Below, piece after piece: positions 33,610 to 42,876 of a stretch of 64,000 nt of DNA. The position numbers were made by a program, and so were the translations under genes. The stretch is from positions 192,001-256,000 of the forward strand of contig JBGSZS010000004.1 of the NCBI GenBank assembly GCA_041750285.1, in the 5' to 3' direction. Each line of letters opens with the position of its first letter. Position 1 is the stretch's first letter. The notes beneath the pieces are model-generated. The model had not been told where the DNA came from. It searched no databases and was given only the letters and a program-made list of their open reading frames with translations. This DNA comes from Candidatus Fermentibacteraceae bacterium (lineage in GTDB: Bacteria; Fermentibacterota; Fermentibacteria; Fermentibacterales; JCC-6).

Positions 33610-35046
33610 ATGGATAACCTTGAGGCAAGGATGAGGGAGCTCTTCACAAGGATTGAGACGAACAACCGCTGGCGCCAGACCGAGTGCATCAACCTCATAC
33701 CTTCCGAGAACACGCCATCCCCCCTTGTGAAGGTCTGCGAGCTGTGCGACCCCGCCGGCAGGTATGCGGAACACCGCTCCATGAAGGGACGCGAGGTCTA
33801 CTTCTACCACGGGACCGACTTCATCAGGGACATCGAACAGGAGGCCTCCGCAGCACTTTGCGAATACTTCGGCTGCACCGAGACCGAGCTTAGACCAGTC
33901 AGCGGCCAGATGGCCAACGAGGTCGTCTTCAAGGCCGTCACGAAGATGGTGAACCGTGAAGGCGGCAGCTGGAGGCGCCTCAGGGCCGTTATGAACAACG
34001 ACCTCGGCATGGGCGGGCACCTTTCCAGCCAGCCCATGGGCGCCCTTTTCAACTTCGTCGACCACAATCCAGCCACGGGGCAGGAGAACTGCGTGAATTT
34101 CCCGGTCCAGCCCGACAACCCCTACAAGATCGACGTGAAGCGGATGCTCGAGCTTCTGGACGAACACAGGCCCGAACTGGTTGTTTTCGGCAAGAGCATG
34201 TTCCTCTACCCCGAACCGGTGAAGGTCCTGGCCGACCATGTCGCGGACTGGACGGACCGCCCGGTGATAATGTACGACATGGCCCATGTGCTCGGGCTCT
34301 ACGGTGCGTTCCAGGCCCCTCTGGCCGACGGCGCCGACGTGGTGACCGGCTCGACCCACAAGACGTTCTTCGGACCCCAGAGGGGCGTCATTGCCTCAAA
34401 CATGAACAAGAAGCACCCGCTTAGAAAACTCTGGCTCGACATCAACAGCAGGGCATTCCCGGGCAGCACCTCGAATCACCACCTCGCAACGCTTCTCGGG
34501 CTTCTCGTGGCAACGGTGGAGATGAATGCCTTCAAGGACGAATACCAGAACCAGGTCCTGAGGAACGCCAGGGCCTTCGCGCGGCATCTGGCAGACAGCG
34601 GGCTTCGGATCGAGGGCGACCCCGCCGACGGCTACACCATGACCCACCAGGTAGTGCTGAGGGTGAAGGAGCACGGCGACGGCGCAGCGATAGCGGACAG
34701 GCTTCAGGAGAACAACATCATCGTGAACTATCAGGCGCTGCCCGATGACGAGACCTTCCTCACCCCGTCGGGCATCCGCACTGGCGTCAGCGAGATGACC
34801 CGATTCGGGATGAACGAGGCCGACTTCGCCCCACTGGCCGGGCTGATGGCCGCCGTGATAATCCGGGGAGAGGATGTTCGGCAGAAGGTTAAGGACTTAA
34901 GGAGCCGCTTCACTTCGATGCGCTACACCCTGCCCCTCAGGGAAAGCATCGACCTGGCCGCCTCAGCAATGGCGACCTCTTTCCCGACTTCGGAGTATTC
35001 GTCCCTTTTCGCAGAGAACCTTTCAAGGTTCGCAAAAGGAAGGTGA
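33610..35046 (+). CDS. glyA: Serine hydroxymethyltransferase
   Basis: INLIPSEN, SGQMAN, GGHLS, YDMAHVLGL, PLP-lysine motif GSTHKTFFGPQRG, SGIRTG. Confidence 0.9.
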   Translation: MDNLEARMRELFTRIETNNRWRQTECINLIPSENTPSPLVKVCELCDPAGRYAEHRSMKGREVYFYHGTDFIRDIEQEASAALCEYFGCTETELRPVSGQMANEVVFKAVTKMVNREGGSWRRLRAVMNNDLGMGGHLSSQPMGALFNFVDHNPATGQENCVNFPVQPDNPYKIDVKRMLELLDEHRPELVVFGKSMFLYPEPVKVLADHVADWTDRPVIMYDMAHVLGLYGAFQAPLADGADVVTGSTHKTFFGPQRGVIASNMNKKHPLRKLWLDINSRAFPGSTSNHHLATLLGLLVATVEMNAFKDEYQNQVLRNARAFARHLADSGLRIEGDPADGYTMTHQVVLRVKEHGDGAAIADRLQENNIIVNYQALPDDETFLTPSGIRTGVSEMTRFGMNEADFAPLAGLMAAVIIRGEDVRQKVKDLRSRFTSMRYTLPLRESIDLAASAMATSFPTSEYSSLFAENLSRFAKGR

Positions 35047-35050
35047 AACC

Positions 35051-35488
35051 ATGACGATCATGGCGCTGATCCTCGCCTGCTCCATCTATGGGGGGCAGGG
35101 AAGCGACCTCGGGCTGGGCATCATCATCGGTGAACCCACGGGCATCTGCGTCAAGTACTTCACGTCCCCCACGGGTGCGGTTGCAGGGGCCGCCGCATGG
35201 AGCCTCTCCGGCGACGAGAAGGCGCTCCACATCTACGGCGACTACCTGTTTCACATTTCCGAACTGGCCACGTGGGATGGGGGCCGGTCGCCCTTCTACG
35301 CCGGAGTGGGTGGCAGGGCGATCTTCAGGGATGATCCCATCGCCGGCATCAGGATCCCTGTGGGCATGTCGTGGGTCTTCGACGAAGCCCCGTTCGATGC
35401 ATTTCTGGAGATAGTGCCGGTGATGGACATCGCACCGGACACTGAGTTCGATGTTGCGGGAGGCGCGGGAGCAAGGTTCTGGTTCTAG
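35051..35488 (+). CDS. Small outer-membrane beta-barrel protein (DUF3996-like)
   Basis: Signal peptide, GLGIIIGEPTG, FYAGVGG, GIRIPVG, FLEIVP, terminal GARFWF. Confidence 0.65.
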   Translation: MTIMALILACSIYGGQGSDLGLGIIIGEPTGICVKYFTSPTGAVAGAAAWSLSGDEKALHIYGDYLFHISELATWDGGRSPFYAGVGGRAIFRDDPIAGIRIPVGMSWVFDEAPFDAFLEIVPVMDIAPDTEFDVAGGAGARFWF

Positions 35489-35504
35489 TCGGAAGGATCG
35501 TTGG

Positions 35505-37904
35505 ATGAAGCTTCTCATAGTAGGTGGGGTCGCCGGTGGAGCCAGCGCCGCCGCCCGGGCCAGAAGGCTCGATGAAAACGCCGAGATAATCGTGTTCGAG
35601 CGGGGCGACTACATCAGCTTCGCAAACTGCGGGCTGCCCTATCACATCGGCGGGGCCATCCCCTCCCGGGAGAGCCTTCTGCTGATGACCCCCGAGAAGT
35701 TCCTCAAGCGGTTCGACGTGACTTTCAGAACGGGTCACCTTGTGACTTCCATCGACCCCGAAGGCCGTACGGTGACGGTTCGCGACCTGGCAAAGGCCGA
35801 AACCTATCGGGAGAGTTATGACAGCCTGATCCTCTCCACGGGTTCGACCCCGCTTGTCCCACCGATCCCGGGAAAGGACAACAGGGACGTCCTTGTCCTC
35901 TGGACCGTTCCCGACATGGACGCGATCATGGACCGCATAAGGGCGGGCGCCCGGCGGGCGGTCGTAGTCGGCGGCGGGTTCATCGGCGTGGAAACGGCCG
36001 AGAACCTCGTGACGGCAGGTCTCGAAACCACCCTTGTCGAAAAGGAACCCTGGATCCTTCCTTTCCTTGACCCGGAAATGACCGCCCCCCTCACCAGGGC
36101 TCTCTCCGGGGGTGGTGTGCGCCTGCTCACGGGTTCGACCGTCGAAGGCATCGAAGAGGCCGAAAAGGGGCTCAGGGTGATGATCCAGGGCGCCGCACCC
36201 GTACAGACCGATTTCGTGGTGATGGCAGCCGGCGTCAAACCCAACGGAGAGCTGGCAAAGACGGCCGGTCTGACCACCGCCCCCAACGGCGCGATCATCG
36301 TGGACGAATTCCTTCGCACCAGCTCCCCGCACATATATGCTGTTGGCGATGCGGTCCAGACCGTGCATCCCATCCTGGGCGAGCGCATGTCCATCCCGCT
36401 GGCGGGACCCGCGAACAGGCAGGGACGGACGGCCGCGGAGAACGCCATGGGAGGCAACGTAAGCTGTCCTGGAACCATGGGTGCCTCGGTGGTCAAGGTT
36501 TTCGACATCACGGCAGCCTCCGCGGGAGCCTCCGAAACCCAGCTCGCAAGACGGGGGATCCCCCACGAGAAGGTGTACCTGCACCCCTCCTCCCACGCCT
36601 CCTACTACCCGGGCTCGGCCAGGATAAGCATGAAGGTGCTCTTCAGCCCCGAAGGCGTCATCCTGGGAGCCCAGGCCGTGGGCGAGGACGGTGTGGACAA
36701 GCGAATAGACGTTCTCGCAACGGCGATAAGAAAAGGTCTCACGGTCCGTGACCTCACCATGCTCGAACTCTGCTACGCCCCGCCCTACGGCAGCGCAAAG
36801 GATCCGGTGAACTACGCAGGTTACGTTGCCAGCAACGTTCTGGATGGTCTGACGAAGCAGGTGCACGTCCACGGCATCCCGTCCGACGCCTTCCTTCTCG
36901 ACGTCAGGGAACCCGAGGAATGGGAACTCGGCACGATCCCCGGCAGCACTCACATACCGCTCGACACACTTCGACAGAGACTTGGGGAGATACCCCGGAA
37001 CAAGCCGGTGGTCGTTTTCTGCGCCCAGGGCCAAAGGGCCTACTCGGCTGAACGGATGCTGAGGCAGAAGGGTTACGAAGTCTCCAACCTCTCGGGGGGC
37101 TACCTGACCTGGCGGATGTTCCACCCTGAAACCCACCGCGTCGCCGCCACCACGGAAGCAGCCCCCGCGAAGGCCCCTGAGGCCGACGCAGTGGTCGATG
37201 CCTCGGGGCTGCAGTGCCCCGGCCCCCTCGTCCAGGTCTCAAGGGCAATGAAGGACCTGGCTCCCGGCGAGGTGCTGCTGGCCCGGGCCACGGACAGGGG
37301 CTTCAGGAGCGACCTTCCTGCATGGTGCGGTTCGACCGGCAATACTCTGTTGGGAATGACCGAAGAAAAGGGCGTTTTCACCGCACGCGTCAGGAAGGGA
37401 GGGGCTGAATCCCCCGCATCGGCTCAGAAAGGATCAAAGAGAACCACCATGGTCCTTTTCTCGGGTGACATGGACAAGAACCTTGCCGCGCTGATCATTG
37501 CAACCGGCTTCGCCAGCCTCGGCCACCAGGTAACCGTTTTCTGCACCTTCTGGGGGCTTTCCATACTCCGCAGGGAAAGGCCGCCACGGGTGAAGAAGGG
37601 CTTCCTCGACAGGATGTTCGGCGCGATGCTGCCCACGGGCCCCAGAAAGCTCGCGCTCTCGAAGCTGCACATGATGGGCGCCGGCACGGCCATGATGAAG
37701 CACGTGATGAGGTCGAAGGGGGTCGATTCCCTGCCTGACATGCTCTCACGTGCCCAGCAGATGGGGGTCGTCTTTCAAGCCTGCGAGATGTCCATGGGGG
37801 TCATGGGCATAACGAGGGAGGAACTGATACCCGGCGTGGAGACCGCCGGCGTGGGGACCTTCGCCTCACTTGCGGAGAAGAGCGCGGCGACCCTGTTCAT
37901 CTGA
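35505..37904 (+). CDS. CoA-disulfide reductase-rhodanese-TusA-DsrE/F four-domain fusion
   Basis: GGVAGG and SFANC (FAD, redox Cys), GGGFIG (NADH), YAPPY; rhodanese DVRE..FCAQGQR; TusA ASGLQCPGP; DsrE-like FCTFWGL..ACEMSM. Confidence 0.9.
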   Translation: MKLLIVGGVAGGASAAARARRLDENAEIIVFERGDYISFANCGLPYHIGGAIPSRESLLLMTPEKFLKRFDVTFRTGHLVTSIDPEGRTVTVRDLAKAETYRESYDSLILSTGSTPLVPPIPGKDNRDVLVLWTVPDMDAIMDRIRAGARRAVVVGGGFIGVETAENLVTAGLETTLVEKEPWILPFLDPEMTAPLTRALSGGGVRLLTGSTVEGIEEAEKGLRVMIQGAAPVQTDFVVMAAGVKPNGELAKTAGLTTAPNGAIIVDEFLRTSSPHIYAVGDAVQTVHPILGERMSIPLAGPANRQGRTAAENAMGGNVSCPGTMGASVVKVFDITAASAGASETQLARRGIPHEKVYLHPSSHASYYPGSARISMKVLFSPEGVILGAQAVGEDGVDKRIDVLATAIRKGLTVRDLTMLELCYAPPYGSAKDPVNYAGYVASNVLDGLTKQVHVHGIPSDAFLLDVREPEEWELGTIPGSTHIPLDTLRQRLGEIPRNKPVVVFCAQGQRAYSAERMLRQKGYEVSNLSGGYLTWRMFHPETHRVAATTEAAPAKAPEADAVVDASGLQCPGPLVQVSRAMKDLAPGEVLLARATDRGFRSDLPAWCGSTGNTLLGMTEEKGVFTARVRKGGAESPASAQKGSKRTTMVLFSGDMDKNLAALIIATGFASLGHQVTVFCTFWGLSILRRERPPRVKKGFLDRMFGAMLPTGPRKLALSKLHMMGAGTAMMKHVMRSKGVDSLPDMLSRAQQMGVVFQACEMSMGVMGITREELIPGVETAGVGTFASLAEKSAATLFI

Positions 37905-37914
37905 CCGCGGACGC

Positions 37915-38481
37915 CTAAAGAAGCGCCTGTTTGATGCCTTCAGCCAGAAGGGCCACCACTCTCACAGCCCGGGCGGTGCGCGTTTCCGGTTTCCGGGCAG
38001 CGGCCACGTAATCCATGTAGCGTTTCCGGTAGGAGGGTGCGAGTTCGGCGAAAAAGAGGGCCGCCTTCTCGTTGATCTCGAGCGCATCTTCAAGTTCGGC
38101 GGGCATGGTGAACTCCCGTGCGGGTTTTCCGTACCACAGCCCCCTTTCGCGGGCGATGCGCACCTGCTCCATTCCGGCTTCGGTCATCAGACCCCTTGCC
38201 ATGAGGTCAACGGCCCGTTCTCGGTTGGCCTCGCTCCATTCGCTGCCCCTTCGCCGCGGGGTGAAAAGACGAAGGTAGCGTGAGTCGTCACCCCTTGCTA
38301 TGAGGCTGTCGATCCATCCGAAGCAGATGGCTTCCTCAAGCGCGTCCTCGTAGGTGAAAACTGCGGCCGGAGCCTTCCGGAACTCCAGCCACACCCCCGG
38401 TGACTCCTGATGGTTGCTCTGGAGCCAGAGACGCCACTGGGCACGGCCCGCAAGCGCAAGAACATCCCTTTTCACAGCCAT
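37915..38481 (-). CDS. YdeI/OmpD-associated family protein
   Basis: WRLWLQSNH, YEDALEEAICFGWIDS, FTPRR..S.WS, ARKPETRTAR. Confidence 0.88.
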   Translation of the reverse strand: MAVKRDVLALAGRAQWRLWLQSNHQESPGVWLEFRKAPAAVFTYEDALEEAICFGWIDSLIARGDDSRYLRLFTPRRRGSEWSEANRERAVDLMARGLMTEAGMEQVRIARERGLWYGKPAREFTMPAELEDALEINEKAALFFAELAPSYRKRYMDYVAAARKPETRTARAVRVVALLAEGIKQALL

Positions 38482-38646
38482 GCCCAAAACTCAGCCCCGG
38501 AAGCAGTCCTGTCAAGTAGCGAAAAAGGATGAACGGCAACAAAGATGATTGCCATGGTCGCTTCGGCTCTTTGCGACCTCTTTCCGACCCCCAAGCCTTT
38601 ACCGAAGCAGGAACGGAACAGATTGTTCCTTCACGGGAGGTGAATC

Positions 38647-38934
38647 ATGAGCCTTGAACATACTCTGGCAGTTCTAAGGAACCTGCAGCCCACCCTGAGA
38701 CAGATGTTTGGATTTGAGAGACACGGGGTGTTCGGATCCCTGGCAAGGCACGAAGCAGGTAATGACAGCGATATCGACATTGTTGTCGTAATGCCTCCCG
38801 ACCTTTACGCCATGTTTCATCTGAAGGAAAAGCTGGAAGAGGCTCTGAATACACCTGTCGATCTTGTCAGATACAGGGCGGGTATGAACGCGCTGCTCAA
38901 GGAACGGATTGAGCGGGATGCCGTTTATGTTTGA
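38647..38934 (+). CDS. Minimal nucleotidyltransferase (MNT/MntA-like antitoxin)
   Basis: GS-x10-DxD motif (GSLARHEAGNDSDID), PVDLV; GGAGG SD; overlaps the downstream HEPN gene. Confidence 0.9.
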   Translation: MSLEHTLAVLRNLQPTLRQMFGFERHGVFGSLARHEAGNDSDIDIVVVMPPDLYAMFHLKEKLEEALNTPVDLVRYRAGMNALLKERIERDAVYV

Positions 38935-39229
38935 CCTTCCGCTTCTCAAAAGCATCATTTCACAGGTGATCGAGAGTGTCGACAAGATCGAGAAGCGGTT
39001 CGAGAAGTATGGTGGAGTGCCATTTACGAATGAGCATCCGGAGATCGATTGGAAAGGTGCCATCGGAGCAAGGGACTTCCTAAGTCATCACTGCTTCGAT
39101 CTTGACGCCGAGGTTGTTTTTCAGATCTGTAAGTACAGGATCCCTGATCTGAAAAAGGCCGTCACGGAAATCATGGCAAGCCTTCAGAGCAGTTTTCAGC
39201 AGGGCAAATCAGGTATCCCTGCCGTTTGA
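38927..39229 (+). CDS. HEPN/DUF86 (HepT-like) toxin, apparently internally deleted; possible pseudogene
   Basis: HPEIDWK..GARDFLSHH.FDLDAEVVF is the DUF86 C-terminal half with Rx4H. The central helix appears to be missing and Cys replaces the usual Tyr in Rx4HxY. Confidence 0.7.
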   Translation: MFDLPLLKSIISQVIESVDKIEKRFEKYGGVPFTNEHPEIDWKGAIGARDFLSHHCFDLDAEVVFQICKYRIPDLKKAVTEIMASLQSSFQQGKSGIPAV

Positions 39230-39363
39230 TCCACCAAGGAAGCGATCCTTCTTCCGGTGCGGTCACTTCGCCCCCGGCAGGGAATCGTTCGTTATTATTG
39301 GCCAGGGCTCGGGCCCGTTCGATTCTCCGGGGTGAACCGCGAACAAGTACTGGAGCTTTTGCA

Positions 39364-40479
39364 GTGAAGATACTGGGCCAGATATCCAAGGGCCTTGAAG
39401 AACTCGGCGCCGGGGAACTCACACGGCTCGGTGCGACGTCGGTCGTCCCCGTCTTCAGGGGGGTCTTCTTCGAGACGGATGCCGCGGGCGCCATGCGCAT
39501 CAACTACACATCCCGGCTCTTCGACCGTTTCCTGCTCCAGCTCGCGTCCTTCCCGGGCCACACGTCCGACCAGCTCTACGCCAGGGCGGTCAGGTTCCCA
39601 TGGGAGGATACTTTCGGAGTCGGGTCAACGTTCGCCATCTCCTCAGCCGTCTCGGGAGGGGGTATACGCCACTCGCAGTGGGCCGCGCTCAAGCTCAAGG
39701 ACGCCATCGCCGACCATTTCAGGGAGCTCTGCGGCAAAAGACCCTCGGTCGACAGGCACGACGCCGACGTGAACCTCGATCTGCGTATCAGGGACAACAA
39801 GGCCGAGGTCAGGCTGGACCTCTCGGGGGGAGCGCTTCACCGCAGGGGTTACAGGAAGGAGACCGTTCCGGCACCGATTCGCGAGACCGTGGCTGCCGCA
39901 GCCCTCGAGATGACTGAGTGGAACGGCGAGACGCCGCTGGTCGACCCCATGTGCGGTTCGGGCACGATGCTGTGCGAGGCTCTCATGAAGCATTGCAGGG
40001 TTCCTGCAGGCTTCCTCAGGCAGAAGTGGGGTTTTTTCCACATGGAGGGGTTCACGCAAAAAGAGTGGCAGGAAGTAAAGGGCGAAGCCGACGCCGCCAT
40101 CACGAACCTGCCTCCCGGACTGATTTCGGGAAGCGACATCTCAAGGGCTGCCGTGAGCGCTGCCCGCGCGAACCTTGCAACCCTGCCGGGGGGTGTAAAT
40201 GTCGCCGTCACACTCGGTGACTGGAGGAACAGCCCCGGCATCACCTCCTCCGTGATCCTCACCAACCCTCCCCACGGCATCAGGATATTCGAGGACACGG
40301 CCGGTTCACTTCTCGGCGAATTCGGTGACTTCCTGAAACAGAGGTGCGCGGGGACCCGGGCCTTCATCTACATCGGCGACACGGCGCTTCTTAAGAAGGT
40401 CGGGCTAAGGTCGACCTGGCGGAAGGAACTGGTGTCCGGGGGGCTCGACGGCCGTCTGGCCCGGTACGACCTCTACTGA
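39364..40479 (+). CDS. THUMP-domain rRNA methyltransferase (RlmL/YpsC-like)
   Basis: LKDAIADHF, DLSGGALHRRGYR, APIRETVAAA, DPMCGSGT, TNPPHG; GGAG SD before GTG 39364. Confidence 0.9.
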   Translation: MKILGQISKGLEELGAGELTRLGATSVVPVFRGVFFETDAAGAMRINYTSRLFDRFLLQLASFPGHTSDQLYARAVRFPWEDTFGVGSTFAISSAVSGGGIRHSQWAALKLKDAIADHFRELCGKRPSVDRHDADVNLDLRIRDNKAEVRLDLSGGALHRRGYRKETVPAPIRETVAAAALEMTEWNGETPLVDPMCGSGTMLCEALMKHCRVPAGFLRQKWGFFHMEGFTQKEWQEVKGEADAAITNLPPGLISGSDISRAAVSAARANLATLPGGVNVAVTLGDWRNSPGITSSVILTNPPHGIRIFEDTAGSLLGEFGDFLKQRCAGTRAFIYIGDTALLKKVGLRSTWRKELVSGGLDGRLARYDLY

Positions 40480-40500
40480 TGAAGGGAAAACGGTAACCCT

Positions 40501-41508
40501 GTGTTCTCCGCCGAATACCTTGCCGGGCTTGGGTCTTCGCTCGACATCATAGGCCAGATGGCCATCCTAGTCCTTCTGGGCTACCTGATGACAAGGCGGG
40601 GGTGGATAGGCTCCGGCACCCTTTCCGACCTCACCAGGGTGCTGATAGACCTCGTACTCCCCTGCACGTTCATACTGGCCATGGCCCGTGCGTTCACGCC
40701 GGAGTTCTTCGGCAGCGGAGCCGTTCTTGCCGCGGTGTCCGCGGGTTGGGTAATCGCTGCCTGGCTGTTCGGAACGGTCTGGTTCCGCCTCCTTCCAAGC
40801 GGCCATCCTTCCATGGACAGGTCGGTAACCGCCATGATGATGGTCTCCAACAGCCTCTACCTTCCGCTGCCGGTGATGCTTGCGGTCACCCCGGCCGCCC
40901 TTCACGACAGGGCGGTGGTTTACATCTCCATGGTTGCCGTTCCCTCGATAATCGCCAACTGGACAGCCGGGGTGGCGCTTCTGAGCGGAGGCCGGCGCCC
41001 CACGGCGCGGGAACGGCTGAAGCTGCTTCTCAACGCCCCCATACTCTCACTTTTTGCGGGAATACTCCTCAGTTTCATCCCGGGGGTCCGGGAGGCGGCC
41101 AGGGGTGAACCCGGAGCCTTCGTTCCCGCCCGGGCGCTCTTTTCGGTCATGGAATACCTGGGACGCATCCTCTCCCCCCTTGCCATGATAATCCTGGGTG
41201 GGATGATAGCCTCGGGACGGGGTGCCGGACGCGTAAGGCTGCGGTTCTCAGTCCCGCTCATCGCGGTGAGGCTGGCGCTGATACCAGGTGCGGTCTACCT
41301 GCTTGTCACACGGATCGATACAGGCCTGCCACCCCTTGCTCTCACCGCCCTGCTTCTGGCCGCAGCGGCGCCCCCGGCAACCAACCACGCGCTCATCGCA
41401 AGAAGGTACAACGGGGAGTGGGAGCTGGTCTCGAAACTGCAGCTCGTGGTTCACGCGGCGGCGCTTCTGACGCTGCCCCTTTGGCTCAGTCTCGGGCTTG
41501 GTTTCTGA
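40501..41508 (+). CDS. AEC (auxin efflux carrier/malate permease) family transporter
   Basis: About 10 TM segments; LVLPC, SNSLYLPLP, LSPLAMIILG, AAAPPA. Confidence 0.82.
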   Translation: MFSAEYLAGLGSSLDIIGQMAILVLLGYLMTRRGWIGSGTLSDLTRVLIDLVLPCTFILAMARAFTPEFFGSGAVLAAVSAGWVIAAWLFGTVWFRLLPSGHPSMDRSVTAMMMVSNSLYLPLPVMLAVTPAALHDRAVVYISMVAVPSIIANWTAGVALLSGGRRPTARERLKLLLNAPILSLFAGILLSFIPGVREAARGEPGAFVPARALFSVMEYLGRILSPLAMIILGGMIASGRGAGRVRLRFSVPLIAVRLALIPGAVYLLVTRIDTGLPPLALTALLLAAAAPPATNHALIARRYNGEWELVSKLQLVVHAAALLTLPLWLSLGLGF

Positions 41509-41519
41509 GTAAAGCACCC

Positions 41520-41547
41520 AAAAAAAGGGGCGGCAGAACGCCGCCCC
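41520..41547 (-). terminator. Intrinsic terminator for the 41563-42780 gene
   Basis: Minus strand GGGGCGGC-gttct-GCCGCCCC followed by T7. Confidence 0.85.
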
Positions 41548-41562
41548 GGGTGATAGTTCGCG

Positions 41563-42780
41563 CTACCAGTACAGCCAGGGAATCCTTTTCCTGAGGCTCA
41601 CTTCGACGTCCTCATCGTTCCACCCCGTGGGGCGGTCGAACTTCTCTTCCGGCACCACCAGGCTGCCCACGTAGCTGGCGTCCTCGTAGACCCTGGTGAT
41701 CTGCTCGGCTATCTGGCGGATGTCGTCGGGAGTGGCAATCCCGTTGTCGGTGGCCTTGTAGAACTGAACCGTGACGCGGATGGGGAACCTGTCGTCACGA
41801 ACCATCCTGTAGCCCCCTATCTCGCGGTAGGGTCCCTCGAGCTCACCGTGACCGACGACCGCGGCCTCGACGGTGCTCCGCGCCATGGCGCCCCCCATCC
41901 CGGAAGCGGTGCACTCCTCGGCGCATGCCGACTCGAACCAGAGATCCCTTCTTTCCCGCTGGCGCAGGGGTATCTGGATGAGAAGGACCATGTTAAGCCC
42001 CTCCTCGCCCGCGGCGGCAACGGACTGGCCGTCCTGCGATCCGCCGTCCTCCACGAAGTCGCTCAGCCTGGTCCCGGTGAAGCTGGCACGCTGGCCGTCG
42101 GCGTTGAAGAAGAGCTGCTGGCCCCACCCCCACGAACCCTCGGGGGCGTACTCGCTCGAGTTGTCTATGATCGCGGCGCTCGTCCCCTCGCGGGTGGCAA
42201 CTATGGCCAGTACGGCGGGGTCGCCCTCGTAGGACTGGTAGTTGTACAGAACAGGGTTGAATGTGGCCTCGCCGTTGTCGGGAATGGGAAGGAACACCGC
42301 CTGCGCGCTGACAAGGACGACGCTGTCACGCGGGGCCCACAGCCCCTGCCTCCTGCCCGGCCAGTCCGAAGGGTCGTGCAGGTAGTCACGAAGGCCCCAC
42401 ACGTAATCGCTGAGGCTCACCGGAGTGAGTTCCTCGTCACCCTGCTCGTTCCCTACGAGAAGGTAGAAGTGTTCGGGGTCGAGGTCGGCGGAAAGGTCGT
42501 GGAAGTTCGGGTACCTTATGACAGGCATGGGTGTGCAGACCCTCTCGCGGGCGGTGCCGTGCTGGACCTGTATCGTCAGGTCCGAGATGTTGGGGCCCCA
42601 GCAGGAACCGGCGTACCTCCCGGTGTCCTCCCAGGTCACGTTCACCACGTTGAGACCGTACCTCTCGCAGACACGGCTCAATTCACTGTCATACGTCATC
42701 TCCGAAACACGCTGCACGACACCGTCGTAATCAGCCGGACCCTTCAGGGCTGCCAGGACCATCAGAACCAGTATCGACAT
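41563..42780 (-). CDS. Hypothetical exported protein of unknown function
   Basis: AAAGGAG SD, ATG 42780, hydrophobic N-terminus, own terminator; motif-like blocks TWEDTGRYAGSCWGPNISDLT and FPIRVTVQFYKAT. Confidence 0.8.
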   Translation of the reverse strand: MSILVLMVLAALKGPADYDGVVQRVSEMTYDSELSRVCERYGLNVVNVTWEDTGRYAGSCWGPNISDLTIQVQHGTARERVCTPMPVIRYPNFHDLSADLDPEHFYLLVGNEQGDEELTPVSLSDYVWGLRDYLHDPSDWPGRRQGLWAPRDSVVLVSAQAVFLPIPDNGEATFNPVLYNYQSYEGDPAVLAIVATREGTSAAIIDNSSEYAPEGSWGWGQQLFFNADGQRASFTGTRLSDFVEDGGSQDGQSVAAAGEEGLNMVLLIQIPLRQRERRDLWFESACAEECTASGMGGAMARSTVEAAVVGHGELEGPYREIGGYRMVRDDRFPIRVTVQFYKATDNGIATPDDIRQIAEQITRVYEDASYVGSLVVPEEKFDRPTGWNDEDVEVSLRKRIPWLYW

Positions 42781-42876
42781 TTTGTGTACTCCTTTCGTGG
42801 ACCGACACTGATACGGCAAAAGGCGGGCCCTTATTCCAGAGCCCGCCTCGGGGATCGTTGCCGTTTGGAACGGTTC

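Noticed and set aside
35349..37136. 595-aa minus-strand ORF
   Set aside because: Antisense to the CoA-disulfide reductase fusion.
38490..39360. Mobile element around the MNT-HEPN pair
   Set aside because: No transposase, integrase, terminal inverted repeats or target-site duplication could be seen.
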